50,003 nt of DNA from Candidatus Aegiribacteria sp. Its GTDB lineage: Bacteria > Fermentibacterota > Fermentibacteria > Fermentibacterales > JCC-6. The translations under genes and the position numbers were made by a program. Location of the stretch: contig JAWOBF010000058.1 of assembly GCA_046498225.1 (NCBI GenBank), positions 1 through 50,003 on the forward strand, written 5' to 3'. The notes under the pieces were generated by a model. The model had not been told where the DNA came from and made no database searches. It saw nothing but the letters and a program-made list of their open reading frames with translations. Positions 27,532 to 37,653 of the stretch are shown here, in pieces (positions within the stretch are counted from its first letter, which is position 1; each line of letters opens with the position of its first letter).

Positions 27532-29643
27532 CTACTGACGGCCGCGGATTGCCGTCCATAGAGCCTTGATGAAGCTGGGAGGATGAAGCAGTATGTTGGA
27601 GTAGGCCTGGTTTGCCAGCGGGCAGTAGCATTCGCCGCGTCTGATGCTTTTCCTTATCCTTCTGGCTTCCGCGGAGTTCCATATCTCCCGGAAATCCGTG
27701 TCCTCGTCCACCTTACCCATCTGCCCGCTGTAGGCCAGCACGGCGCACGGCCAGACTCCGCCGTCCGAGTTGATGTGAACGTTCATCAGACCGGCTGAAC
27801 ATGGTATGACCTGTTTCCGCTCCTCCAGTATCCTGACCACGAGGTCGTAGTAGACAACCCTCAGCGCGGTGGTTATCCTGGGAAGGAGTTTCATTCCCTT
27901 CATCTTCTCCAGCACGGACTTCTTGAAGACCGACATAATCCTGCCGTAGCTCTCACTTTCGGGAGTGATGCCCGATCCGATGTTGAAGAACTCCTCCCGC
28001 TCCTCGGCTATCTCGTTTATGTAGGAATCGACTCCCAGCCCTTTCGAGTACTCTATTATCCGGCTGAGATATTCCTCGTTGAAACGCGAGATTACCGTTC
28101 CCACCCCCACGTGGAGATTATCATGGTCCGTCTGAAGTTTCTTCAGCCTGTCCAGTGTTTCCAGCAGTTTCTTGAAATTGCCCGGCACTCCGCGTATTTT
28201 GTCGTGCAGCTCCCCTACAGCGTCGAATGACGGCTTGATGGTGAGCACCGTGCCCGGAGCCTCGCTGTCTATAACGTCCAGTATCTTCTCGGTCATCCCC
28301 AGCACCCTGTCCACGGCGATGGCGTTGGTGGGAATATGTATCACCGCGGGCGTCATGAACCTGCAGGCCAGCCTGATTATCTCCGGCAGGTCATCCCTGA
28401 GGAAGGGCTCCCCCCCTGAGACGTTGAAGAAATATGTCCAGCCTATTGAACGGAAGAGTCTCTCGATGGTATTCAGGTCCAGCTCGTCATCGGATACCTC
28501 ATGTTTCCAGATGAAGCAGGTCCTGCACCTGGACTGACATTTTCCTGTCACGGAGAACGTGACGTTGATGGGATTGGGGGCCCTGGAGAGGCCGTACATG
28601 GCGAGCTTGCTCCTGATGACGCTGCCCGCGAGATGGAATACCTGTTCGATGTGGTTCATCGTTTTGGGGTACTTCCTCCTGAAAGCTCCGTATACGATGG
28701 CCTGAAGAGCATACAGGCCCTCCACCAGCATGAGCAGGAGCCTCTGGCCCAGAGCTATCACCGTGGCCACCTGAACTCCTCCGGCGAATCCGGATAGCAG
28801 CAGCCCCTGAACTCCCTCCCTTATGCCTATCCCCCCCGGAATGAAGACCATCACCAGGGCGATGAACCATGAGACCGGGCCGGCCAGCATGCATACGGCT
28901 ATCATGGCGAATGGTTCTTCCGGCTGAACGCCGAATCCTCTGAACCAGAAGTACAGGGCCATGCTGCGAAGGCTCCATGAAAGAAGATGGTAGCCTATGA
29001 AAACAGCCTGATGCCTGTGGGAAATGTGTGGAAGGTCCTCGATATCCGCATTGAACCGGTGGCTCAGCCAGTGTGCAAGCCTCCTCTGTATCCGGGGGGC
29101 GAAGAGTATCACTACTCCCAGCAGGGCGGAGGCCCACAGTGCTATCACCACCGGGAGCGGAACGTTGGTCAGACCCAGGAACGGCAGCGCTATCACGGCC
29201 ATAATGGTCAGGGCCACCATCATGTAGATGTTCTCCAGAATGATGGCGGAGATGGCTTTCACCGAACCTATTCCGTTGGCCCGCAGGAAGGTCATCCTGC
29301 CTACAACCATCCACAGCTTTCCGGGCACGTATTGGCCCATCTGGGTAACGTACCAGTTGCGCCTGACCTCACCCTTGTCCAGTTTCGGTATCTTCAGGGC
29401 GTCAAGGATCTTTCTCCAGGGGGCCGGGGCGAAGTAGTAACCCATCAGCAGAGAGATGAAGGAAAGCACTATCATGGGAACGCTGGCACTGTCCCTGGAG
29501 GTCTCCCAGAAGTTTTGCATTTCCGGCTCCCATTTGGGCCATAGAACCAGGGCGAAGTAGACTATGGCCATCACCAGAAGTGATACCCCTCCCCATGTGG
29601 TGATGGTGTGAAAGAGTTTTCTGCTGTTGGGGTTCCTGGTCAT
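27532..29643 (-). CDS. Fusion of a lysylphosphatidylglycerol-synthase-TM (UPF0104 flippase-like) domain and a radical SAM/SPASM-twitch domain
   Basis: N-half with about 8 TM helices, YVPGKLW and IPGGIGIRE; C-half with CQSRCRTC, SGGEPFLR, CSAG...HINSDGGVWPC and ECYC; single open frame. Confidence 0.85.
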   Translation of the reverse strand: MTRNPNSRKLFHTITTWGGVSLLVMAIVYFALVLWPKWEPEMQNFWETSRDSASVPMIVLSFISLLMGYYFAPAPWRKILDALKIPKLDKGEVRRNWYVTQMGQYVPGKLWMVVGRMTFLRANGIGSVKAISAIILENIYMMVALTIMAVIALPFLGLTNVPLPVVIALWASALLGVVILFAPRIQRRLAHWLSHRFNADIEDLPHISHRHQAVFIGYHLLSWSLRSMALYFWFRGFGVQPEEPFAMIAVCMLAGPVSWFIALVMVFIPGGIGIREGVQGLLLSGFAGGVQVATVIALGQRLLLMLVEGLYALQAIVYGAFRRKYPKTMNHIEQVFHLAGSVIRSKLAMYGLSRAPNPINVTFSVTGKCQSRCRTCFIWKHEVSDDELDLNTIERLFRSIGWTYFFNVSGGEPFLRDDLPEIIRLACRFMTPAVIHIPTNAIAVDRVLGMTEKILDVIDSEAPGTVLTIKPSFDAVGELHDKIRGVPGNFKKLLETLDRLKKLQTDHDNLHVGVGTVISRFNEEYLSRIIEYSKGLGVDSYINEIAEEREEFFNIGSGITPESESYGRIMSVFKKSVLEKMKGMKLLPRITTALRVVYYDLVVRILEERKQVIPCSAGLMNVHINSDGGVWPCAVLAYSGQMGKVDEDTDFREIWNSAEARRIRKSIRRGECYCPLANQAYSNILLHPPSFIKALWTAIRGRQ

Positions 29644-31973
29644 TGCCGTTCTCTTCCCCTTCGGTGGATGACCGCATCCAGGAAGGTCAGAAGCAGGACC
29701 GAGAAAAGCCCGGCAAGGGAGATTATCAGCCCGGATCCGACGTCGCCGGCATCGAACCTGAATTCCACCTCATGTGACCCGGCGGGAACCGCCACCGCCC
29801 TCTGCCAGTGATTGGCCTGCAGGAGCGGGGTGGATTCCCCGTCTATGTATGCCTTCCACCTGGGATACCACGTATCCGCAAGGACAAGAAGACCGTCACG
29901 ACGGTTTTCGGTACGGATGACGACCCTGTCCGGCTCGTCAACTGCTATATCGGCCACCGCCCCCTCCGGGTCCAGCGTCTCCGGCAGTCCGGGGTCACTG
30001 TACAGAATGGTCGTGTTCTGGGGGTTCAATCCTCCCATGAGAAGGTTCATGCAGGCGCTCTCCGAGAGCCGGGCCCAGGAAGCGGCGAACCAGGCCCTGG
30101 GAAGAGGGCGTTCGGGAAGGAGCGCTTCGAGGGAATCGGCGTGGGACGGACTGGAGGCGGCCGCCTGTTGAAGGACGAGCTCCCGGAATTCCCCGTAATC
30201 CGCCCAGCCATCCTGGAGCTGGATCACTGTGAAGGCCGTATGACGGTAGGCCGTAACCTCCGAGGAGGATATCATGGATTGAAGGTCCTGGGCTACCTCG
30301 GGCTTCGCGGCATGGTACCCGCCCACGGAGCGGATCCGGGAGGGTACGAACTCGTTCCCGCCCGGAAGAAGCCTGCCTTCGCCTGTCACGGCGGCCAGTT
30401 CCTCATTCCCGGCCAGCAAACGTTCCACGCTGGTGTGATGGGAGTAGTACTGGAAATCCCTGTTCAGGGGTATGGTCTCCATGGATATCAGAATCGGCAG
30501 CGCAATGCCCGGTATGAGAAGACTCTTTCCATTCCTCCTGCCCCAGTGTAGCAGCCCCGCCATCACCAGACCCGCCGCCGCCGCCCGAAGGAAGTCCGCG
30601 GAAGCCATGTCCACCCGCCGGTCGACCACCATCGAGTAGCCGGCCGCCCGGGGATTGCCCATTCGGGACCACCAGCCGGACTGAAGCCCGGGCAGGACCG
30701 CATCCGCCGCCAGGAACAGCAGCAGGCAGAAAGCGGAGAATACAAGCAGTCCCCTCACGAATTTTTTCGCCGGGAAGGAATCGGTCCTGAATACGGCGTC
30801 GAAGCCCGGCCCCGCCGACAGGGCAATGGCCGAGGTTGTGAGGAAGGCGGCCATATGCGGAGCCCGGAGCTTCCTGAAAATGGGGACCACACGGTACAGG
30901 ATGCCGAAGAACGGCGTGTATCCTCCCCAGGAAACCAGCAGACCGATGACACCGATGGTCAGAAGGGGCCACCTGAACTTTCCGGGACTTCCCATGAACG
31001 CGGCCATTGCGAGAATGAAGACCAGGACGCCGATGAATTCGCTGCTGAGCCGGAGACCCAGCCTTCCAAAATATGTGGGAACACCGGAAACGCTGCTGTC
31101 GGGAAAGCCGTGACGGTAGCCGAAGAGGTGGGGGAATATCATTGTAAGAGTCTCCTCGGGGGGAAGGGAGTAGCTCTCCGCCTGATCCAGCGACAGGTCC
31201 TCGCCCCGGGTGGAGTACCGGGAAAAATTGTAGCCGGGAAGGAGCTGGACGGCTCCCACGGCCATTCCCAGAAGTATCATTACCATCAGCCCCGAGACCG
31301 CCGCACCCAGGTTCGACCTCAGCCTTCCGCCGGCCGAGAACGATCGATAAGCCATCCAGATCACCCCGGCCATGACCGAGTAGAGAACCATCTGAGGATG
31401 GCTGGCAAGGGCCTGCATACCGATTGCCAGACCCCCCGCGGCCGCGAACCTTCCCCTTCGTGTCTTCATCCACATCTCGCAGGAGTACAGCAGCAGGGGA
31501 AGAAAACTCCAGCAGATGATCTTGCTTCCGTGACCGGCGTAGAACAGTGTATTCGACCATCCGGCCGTGGCGAATGCAATGCAACCCGCTACACGGCCCC
31601 ATCTGCTGACGCCGAGGGACCCAAGGAAGAGCCAGGCGAATATCCCGCCGAGGAGCATCTGGACCGGGAACAGGAACCTCGCCATGCCCCCGACCCCGGT
31701 GGTCAGAAGAAGCAGCCCTCTTACCGGGTAGAAGACAGGGGCTGAGAATGACGAATAGAAGGGGATGCCGCAGAAGACGTAGGGGTTCCAGTGCGGCAGG
31801 GAACCGCTCCTGATGGATTCCTCGGTGAAAGTGAAGAAGGGGTATCCCTGAGTGACTGTATCGCTCATCTCCCCGGCGGGAAGCCTTCCGGAAGTGAAGA
31901 CCGTGGAGTAGGTGACCAGCACCGCCGGAATGAGGAATAGAAGGAAGATGTATCTTGCCCTGCCTGAGGTCAT
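29640..31973 (-). CDS. YfhO-family multi-TM protein (GT-C type glycosyltransferase)
   Basis: PHWNPYVFCGIPF N-terminal motif, many TM helices, C-terminal LVLADTWYPRWKAYIDG...AVAVPAGSHEVEFRF. Confidence 0.88.
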   Translation of the reverse strand: MTSGRARYIFLLFLIPAVLVTYSTVFTSGRLPAGEMSDTVTQGYPFFTFTEESIRSGSLPHWNPYVFCGIPFYSSFSAPVFYPVRGLLLLTTGVGGMARFLFPVQMLLGGIFAWLFLGSLGVSRWGRVAGCIAFATAGWSNTLFYAGHGSKIICWSFLPLLLYSCEMWMKTRRGRFAAAGGLAIGMQALASHPQMVLYSVMAGVIWMAYRSFSAGGRLRSNLGAAVSGLMVMILLGMAVGAVQLLPGYNFSRYSTRGEDLSLDQAESYSLPPEETLTMIFPHLFGYRHGFPDSSVSGVPTYFGRLGLRLSSEFIGVLVFILAMAAFMGSPGKFRWPLLTIGVIGLLVSWGGYTPFFGILYRVVPIFRKLRAPHMAAFLTTSAIALSAGPGFDAVFRTDSFPAKKFVRGLLVFSAFCLLLFLAADAVLPGLQSGWWSRMGNPRAAGYSMVVDRRVDMASADFLRAAAAGLVMAGLLHWGRRNGKSLLIPGIALPILISMETIPLNRDFQYYSHHTSVERLLAGNEELAAVTGEGRLLPGGNEFVPSRIRSVGGYHAAKPEVAQDLQSMISSSEVTAYRHTAFTVIQLQDGWADYGEFRELVLQQAAASSPSHADSLEALLPERPLPRAWFAASWARLSESACMNLLMGGLNPQNTTILYSDPGLPETLDPEGAVADIAVDEPDRVVIRTENRRDGLLVLADTWYPRWKAYIDGESTPLLQANHWQRAVAVPAGSHEVEFRFDAGDVGSGLIISLAGLFSVLLLTFLDAVIHRRGRERQ

Positions 31974-32914
31974 TCTCCGTTCACCTTTCCGAACATTCGA
32001 ATCCTTCCTGCGGCTGCAAGGGCAAAAGATACTTCAAGGACGGATAATATCAAACGCTGACCGGCTATTACCGCCAGCACCGGACCGGTAAGGCCCGCTG
32101 GAGCGACCATGGCGGTAACCGCCGCTTCCCTGACCCCGATCCCCCCGGGGACCAGGAAGACAATGTAACCCGCCAGCCAGGAAAGCGGGGCCGCCGCCAG
32201 GCACATGCCGGGACTGATCCCGGACAGTCCGAAACCGTACAGCCACAGGTATAGAGAAACCCCCCTGATCCACCACAGGCAGGCATAGATGACAAGCAGC
32301 AGAAGTGTACCGGATGGACCGGGAAGGGGCAGGTCGACCGGGGCACTGCCGTACTTCAGACGGTAGAGCCATCTCTGGAGAGGCCTGAGGAGGGGAATTA
32401 TCAGTATGGCCGTTCCCGCGGCTATCAGGGCTCCCTTGAGGGCCGGACTGGAGAATACCGGTCCCCCCGAGAGAAGAACCGCTGGAAGCGCAGCCAGCCC
32501 CGCCCCGGCGGCAGTGAAGAGGAGCTCCAGGAAGGGAACGCTGGTGGCGCGGTAGCCGGTGAGCCCCCGGGAGCGGAGGAAGGCTGCCCTTCCGGCAAAG
32601 AGCCATACCTTGCCCGGAACGTAACGGCCGAGCTGGCTCATGAACCAGGCGGCCCTCAGCTGCCGTTTCTCCGCCCGGCTTCCCGCCCTTTCCGCCAGGA
32701 TTACCCACCCGGCGGGTATGAAATAGTAGGAAAGACCCAGAAGCACCACCGAGGCTGAAAGGTACAACCACCGGGGATGCCAGGTGAAGGAGCCTATCTG
32801 CTGGAGCCACTTTTCGCCATTCCGCAGGACCATCCAGACCCCCAGGGCGAGAAGCAGCGCCAGCACCAGGGCGGACAGCCACCTGAGATGTTTTCGCCTG
32901 TCTGCTGTGTCCAT
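31970..32914 (-). CDS. Lysylphosphatidylglycerol-synthase-TM (UPF0104) flippase-like protein
   Basis: SQLGRYVPGKVW, VPGGIGVREA, multiple TM helices; start at ATG 32914 (TGATG coupling). Confidence 0.85.
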   Translation of the reverse strand: MDTADRRKHLRWLSALVLALLLALGVWMVLRNGEKWLQQIGSFTWHPRWLYLSASVVLLGLSYYFIPAGWVILAERAGSRAEKRQLRAAWFMSQLGRYVPGKVWLFAGRAAFLRSRGLTGYRATSVPFLELLFTAAGAGLAALPAVLLSGGPVFSSPALKGALIAAGTAILIIPLLRPLQRWLYRLKYGSAPVDLPLPGPSGTLLLLVIYACLWWIRGVSLYLWLYGFGLSGISPGMCLAAAPLSWLAGYIVFLVPGGIGVREAAVTAMVAPAGLTGPVLAVIAGQRLILSVLEVSFALAAAGRIRMFGKVNGE

Positions 32915-33813
32915 CACCGGATGAGCCCCTCCCGGACGTACCAGGACACTGTTTCGTGTATCCCCCGGCCCAGGGGCCATACGGGGATGAAGCCGGCCAT
33001 CCTGGCCTTCTCCGTGGATACGAAATGATCCTCACCGAAGAGACGGAGGCGGCTTCGAGACAGTGAAGACGGACAAATGGGGCCCAGATGCAGGGCCAGT
33101 CTGAAGAGCGCTCCCGGAACGGGCACGATTCTGACCTTTCTGCCCAGTTCGCGGGCTATGATACCGGCAAGATCTCTTACAGTGACTGTCTCGGGCCCTC
33201 CGATGTTGAACAGACCGCCGCTGAGGCAGCCCCCCGGAAGGGAGGCTTCCACAGCCCTGCATACGTCGGAGCAGTAGGTCGGCCGGATGCGGGCCCCTTT
33301 ACGCCCTATGACTGGCAGGAACCCCGAGGCGACCTGCCTGAAGAGGGGAAGCTTGTGAAGGTCTCCCGGTCCGTAGACGAAATCAGGGCGGAGGATTGTC
33401 AGTCTGCCCTGATACCCTATACCGTGCTCACGCAGCGCCAGCTCAGCCTGAGCCTTGGTAGTTTCGTACTCACCCCGGGGACTCTGATCCAAATCCTCAT
33501 CTGCGTCGGCAGCGAGGCCTGCTACGCCTGGTGTGCTGAGGTGCACCAGGCTCGAACCGGTGCGTGAGCAGTGCTCGGCCAGCATCAGCGGGAGACGAGC
33601 GTTGGAAAGGGCCAGCTCTGAACTCTCCACGCCCGGTGTGCCCAGGCGTCCTGCGGAGTTGACGATCACACTGACATCATCCGGTATGGAATCGGGCGTC
33701 AGGTCTCCGCTTTCCGACCTGACATGGCCTGTGACATCGTGGCCGAGTTCCCGAAGGTGTCTGACCAGGGATGAGCCTATGAATCCCCCGGCCCCCGTGA
33801 CGAATATCCTCAC
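32914..33813 (-). CDS. NAD-dependent epimerase/dehydratase (extended SDR)
   Basis: VTGAGGFIG, YETTK (YxxxK), LRPDFVYGPGD, FNIGG. Confidence 0.92.
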   Translation of the reverse strand: MRIFVTGAGGFIGSSLVRHLRELGHDVTGHVRSESGDLTPDSIPDDVSVIVNSAGRLGTPGVESSELALSNARLPLMLAEHCSRTGSSLVHLSTPGVAGLAADADEDLDQSPRGEYETTKAQAELALREHGIGYQGRLTILRPDFVYGPGDLHKLPLFRQVASGFLPVIGRKGARIRPTYCSDVCRAVEASLPGGCLSGGLFNIGGPETVTVRDLAGIIARELGRKVRIVPVPGALFRLALHLGPICPSSLSRSRLRLFGEDHFVSTEKARMAGFIPVWPLGRGIHETVSWYVREGLIR

Positions 33814-34922
33814 CGCAGGGATTCCATGAGCCTGCGGGCGTAGTTATCCCAGCTGAAGGAATCGGCTTTGCGCAGTATCCTCCCGGATGTCTCCGGGTCC
33901 TTCCGCAGCTCGAGGGCGGAGGCTATGGATTCGGCGAGGTCCGTCGGGCACCAGGGCCGCGCAAGAAATCCGGTCGACCCGGGGTCAACCAGCTCGGACA
34001 ACCCGCCGGTGTCGGTCAGGACCAGGACACTGCCGAAGGAGAGGGCTATCTGCGCCACGCCGCTCTGCGTCGCGTGCCTGTAGGGGAGAGCGACCACATC
34101 GGCCGACGAGAAGTAGAGCGGAACCTCGTCGTCCGGCACGAAACGGTCTATCCAGCGCACCCTGTCGGACAGGCCGAGGGAGGAAATCGCGTTGATTATC
34201 TCCGACCTTTCCGAGTAGGCTTCGCCGACTATGAGGAGGAGCACGTCGTCGGGAAGCAGTTTCATGGCCCTCACGAGGTCCTGCACCCCCTTGTAGGAGC
34301 GGACGAGCCCGAAGAACAGCACCAGGCGGGCGTGTTCGGAGTATCCCAGCTTCTCCCTTGCCTTCTCCCTGGTCACTCCCGGGTCCACGTACTGATCGTA
34401 TACAGGATGGTATAGCCTGAGCAGCCTCGAGTCCGTCCCGAGAGCCTCGGCCTTCCTCGAGTCCGACTCGCTGTGGGTGACCAGAAGGCTCATTCTGGAG
34501 AGGAACCACTGCGCCAGCCTGCCGGCCAGGGGGAAGAACTCGTGCGGCACGACATTGTGGCACAGGGCGGCCGAAGGTATTCGGTCCGGAAGAGAAAGGG
34601 CCAGTGAAACGGCGAAGAAGGGATGCCACCACTGAACTATCAGTCGGTCGAACCCTGCGTTCTCTATGTGATGCCTTGCCCTGATCCAGGCCATGGGGCT
34701 GCAGGGATCGATCAGCGCGTCCCTGAAGGCCGCCTTTCCGGCCGACCCCGGTTCGTACTGCGAGGTTCCCGGAAACAGAAGCGATGGGTAGAGCCTGCGG
34801 TAGGATACGGGAAGGAACTCGTCTTCGGGAAAGGTCCGCCGAAGGGTTTTCACAAGCCTGTCGGAGAACTGCGCGATACCGCCCCTGTAAGGGGGGAATG
34901 GTCCGACAATGCCCGTCTTCAT
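33810..34922 (-). CDS. Glycosyltransferase family 4
   Basis: PYRGGIA, FFGLVRSYKG, DVVALPYRHATQSGV, TDTGGLSE. Confidence 0.92.
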   Translation of the reverse strand: MKTGIVGPFPPYRGGIAQFSDRLVKTLRRTFPEDEFLPVSYRRLYPSLLFPGTSQYEPGSAGKAAFRDALIDPCSPMAWIRARHHIENAGFDRLIVQWWHPFFAVSLALSLPDRIPSAALCHNVVPHEFFPLAGRLAQWFLSRMSLLVTHSESDSRKAEALGTDSRLLRLYHPVYDQYVDPGVTREKAREKLGYSEHARLVLFFGLVRSYKGVQDLVRAMKLLPDDVLLLIVGEAYSERSEIINAISSLGLSDRVRWIDRFVPDDEVPLYFSSADVVALPYRHATQSGVAQIALSFGSVLVLTDTGGLSELVDPGSTGFLARPWCPTDLAESIASALELRKDPETSGRILRKADSFSWDNYARRLMESLR

Positions 34923-35881
34923 TCCGGGGCCGGTTTCGACTCGGTCTTTTCCAGGATATTGAGGGACCTCCTGCCGGACAGTTTCAGAAGCATTTCGCCC
35001 AGCAGTCCCAGCGAGATGAACTGCACGCCCACAACCAGGAGAAGGATCCCCAGCAGCAGAAGCGGCCTGCGGCCTATGGACTGGCCGCCGAACCAGAGCA
35101 CGGTCATGTATATGGATATTCCCAGCCCGACAATGGTGAGAAAAGTCCCGATCCCTCCGAAAAAGTGCAGGGGTCTGTAGGAGTAGCGGTTCAGGAAGAG
35201 AACGGTGAGAAGGTCCGAGAACCCCCTGAAGAACCTGGATATGCCGTATTTGGTCCGTCCGAACTTCCTCGGCCTGTGGTTCACCGCCTTCTCTCCAACC
35301 CGGAAGCCCTTCTGAGCCGCGAGTACGGGAGTGTACCTGTGCATCTCACCGTAGAGTTCGATGCTGTCTACCACCTCCCGGCGGTAGACCTTGAGACCGC
35401 AGTTGAAGTCGTGCAGCCTGACCCCGGTGGTAAGCCTGACGGTGAAATTGAAAAGCCTGGACGGGATCCTCTTGCCCAGGGGGTCCTTTCTCCTTTTCTT
35501 CCATCCGCTCACCAGGTGGTAGCCCTTCTCACGCATCAGGTTCACTATTCCCGGTATCTCCGAGGGATCGTCCTGCAGGTCGGCGTCCATGGTTGCCACG
35601 AATCTCCCCCGCGATTCCCTGAAACCGGCGGCCAGGGCGTCCGCCTTTCCCGAATTCGTGCTGAACCGCAGGCCGGTAAGTCCGTAGCGGGACGATAGCG
35701 CGGTTATGGTCTTCCAGGTATCGTCGGTGCTTCCGTCGTCAACTACGATAAGCTCCCATGACATGTCTCCCATGGAGCGGGATATCTCATCCACCAGCTC
35801 CGGCAGGCTCTCCGCCTCGTTGTAGGCGGGGACCACGATGGAAAGGTCCGGTCTTTCGGAGGGATCCGCGCGTTCAATCAT
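34919..35881 (-). CDS. GT2 polyprenol-phosphate glycosyltransferase (GtrB/ArnC-like)
   Basis: VVPAYNE, VDDGSTD, MDADLQDDP, HDFNCGLK, GEMHRY; two C-terminal TM helices. Confidence 0.93.
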   Translation of the reverse strand: MIERADPSERPDLSIVVPAYNEAESLPELVDEISRSMGDMSWELIVVDDGSTDDTWKTITALSSRYGLTGLRFSTNSGKADALAAGFRESRGRFVATMDADLQDDPSEIPGIVNLMREKGYHLVSGWKKRRKDPLGKRIPSRLFNFTVRLTTGVRLHDFNCGLKVYRREVVDSIELYGEMHRYTPVLAAQKGFRVGEKAVNHRPRKFGRTKYGISRFFRGFSDLLTVLFLNRYSYRPLHFFGGIGTFLTIVGLGISIYMTVLWFGGQSIGRRPLLLLGILLLVVGVQFISLGLLGEMLLKLSGRRSLNILEKTESKPAPE

Positions 35882-36653
35882 AATCAGCGTTCCCCGTTTC
35901 CGTATCGCTCTGCGGTTCCGGAGGGGCGTAGCTGAGAAGCTCGGGCTTCCCGGAGCCGTCCTCCAGCCGGCAGTAGGTGAACCTGGTCAGCCAGTCTCCC
36001 AGGGAAACATATATACCTTTCTCACTTTCCACGACCTTGTCCAGATGGGTGTGCCCCGTTATCACCAGGTCATATCCGTCCTCCAGTTTCCCCTCCACCC
36101 AGTTCTTCAGTCCCTCCGGGATGCCGTCCAGGTCTCGCCTGAGTATTCTCCTGCTGGTGTCGGAGAACCTTCTGGCCAGGTAAGAGCCCAGGCCCGGGTG
36201 GAGGGCCCTGAACATGAACATGCTCAGGGGCGACCTTAGAACCGGCTTCATGAGCCTGTATCCCAGGTCTCCCGGTCCCAGCCCGTCGCCATGCGCCAGG
36301 AGAACCCTCATGGGTCCGGCCCTCAGCTCCACAGTTCCGGTGGTGTGGACCACAGCCCCCGTGGCCTCCCGAAAGTGCGGGCCCACCCAGTAGTCATGAT
36401 TGCCCGGCAGGAAATGAACTCCCCATCCGCCGACGGCAAGCCTTCTAATGGATGAGAGACACCTTCCATGACCGGCGGGCATTACCGTGCCGTACTCGAA
36501 CCAGAAGTCGAAGAGGTCTCCAAGTATCCAGAGTTCTCCCGGGCTGTCCATGCGGGCGAGATGGTCCAGGAAAGACAGGAGCCTGTCCCTGCCGGGGTGG
36601 TCCTCGGGCTCGGGGAAGAGGTGCGCGTCACTGATGAAGTACCTGTTCATCAT
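35874..36653 (-). CDS. lpxH: UDP-2,3-diacylglucosamine diphosphatase-like metallophosphoesterase (LpxH-like)
   Basis: ISDAHL, LGDLFDFWFE, GNHD, AHGDG, GHTH, LGDW. Confidence 0.8.
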   Translation of the reverse strand: MMNRYFISDAHLFPEPEDHPGRDRLLSFLDHLARMDSPGELWILGDLFDFWFEYGTVMPAGHGRCLSSIRRLAVGGWGVHFLPGNHDYWVGPHFREATGAVVHTTGTVELRAGPMRVLLAHGDGLGPGDLGYRLMKPVLRSPLSMFMFRALHPGLGSYLARRFSDTSRRILRRDLDGIPEGLKNWVEGKLEDGYDLVITGHTHLDKVVESEKGIYVSLGDWLTRFTYCRLEDGSGKPELLSYAPPEPQSDTETGNADYD

Positions 36654-37189
36654 TCTGTCCGGGAAATGGTATCCAGGAGCCTTTCCGGCGACCCGAACCC
36701 GCTGCCGGTGACCGGGGGTGAGCCGGGGGTGAGCAGCATGCTGAAAGGAAGTATGCTGAAGTCCACCTCCTCCATGACAGAAGAATCGGCCAGGTAGACA
36801 GGCAGGGGGATGTCCAGATTGTTCACGACTCTCTGGGCGTGGTTCCTGGAGTCATGGTCCGGCTGTATGGGAAGCGGGATAATCGTTGAATCCAGCGAGG
36901 CCAGGAAGAGAAGGTCATCACTCATCTCATCGTAGAGGTTAAGGGGAACCCAGTAGTAGAGCAGCACCGACTCCCCGGTCCCGGCGGTTACGGTGTCCCC
37001 GGTGGGAGAGAGGATGACACCGGGCAGTTCCACCACCGTCTCCACGAAGGTCTCGGTACTGTCTTCGCCGTTCTCTTCGGCCTGATCCTCGCCGCATCCT
37101 CCGGCGGAAGCAAGCAGGAAGAGAACGGGAAGGACCTGGTACGGTTTCATAATGCTCATCCCTCTTCCGAATCGATGATCGGACGTCAT
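36650..37189 (-). CDS. Hypothetical lipoprotein, probable thioredoxin/TlpA-like fold lacking CxxC
   Basis: Lipobox SAGG-C; GESVLLYYW aligns with TlpA GKVVLLNFW, and ILPFSMLL with the cis-Pro loop. Confidence 0.55.
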   Translation of the reverse strand: MTSDHRFGRGMSIMKPYQVLPVLFLLASAGGCGEDQAEENGEDSTETFVETVVELPGVILSPTGDTVTAGTGESVLLYYWVPLNLYDEMSDDLLFLASLDSTIIPLPIQPDHDSRNHAQRVVNNLDIPLPVYLADSSVMEEVDFSILPFSMLLTPGSPPVTGSGFGSPERLLDTISRTE

Positions 37190-37653
37190 CGGTTAGTAAT
37201 AATCGAAAAATACTCCCCGGGCCAGGATACGGTGCCGTTGTCACTGAACAGAGCGTAAAGGGCGCCGCCGTTTCGGGCGAATCTCACCCTGTGACCGTTC
37301 CAGGCGGTGTCTTCGGGGAATCCCTGCATGTCTCCCGGAGAGATGATCCTCACGAGAGCTTCTCCGCTGACCGTATCCCTGGCCGTGTGGAACCGGAGGG
37401 GATACATGTCGTGGGTGCCGAAGGCAATACGGGTCGACGGGGGCGGCTGGACTGCGGGCGGAAGAGGCGGCTTTCCGTCCCATACCTTTCCGAAGTCCGA
37501 CAGCTGGTAGCCATGGACAGCCATGTCCAGCGGGCTTCGAAGGGTGGTCACAGGTCTTTTGAAAAGGAATGGAATGGCTGTCAGAAGAACAATCCCGGTG
37601 AACAGAGGGAGCAGAACGTGTCTCAGGATGTCCGGGAACCGGGGATCATGCAT
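37186..37653 (-). CDS. Single-TM hypothetical protein resembling the extracytoplasmic half of an anti-sigma factor
   Basis: Start ATG 37653 overlaps the ZAS gene stop (ATGCATGA); N-terminal TM helix; C-terminal GALYALFSD. Confidence 0.6.
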   Translation of the reverse strand: MHDPRFPDILRHVLLPLFTGIVLLTAIPFLFKRPVTTLRSPLDMAVHGYQLSDFGKVWDGKPPLPPAVQPPPSTRIAFGTHDMYPLRFHTARDTVSGEALVRIISPGDMQGFPEDTAWNGHRVRFARNGGALYALFSDNGTVSWPGEYFSIITNR

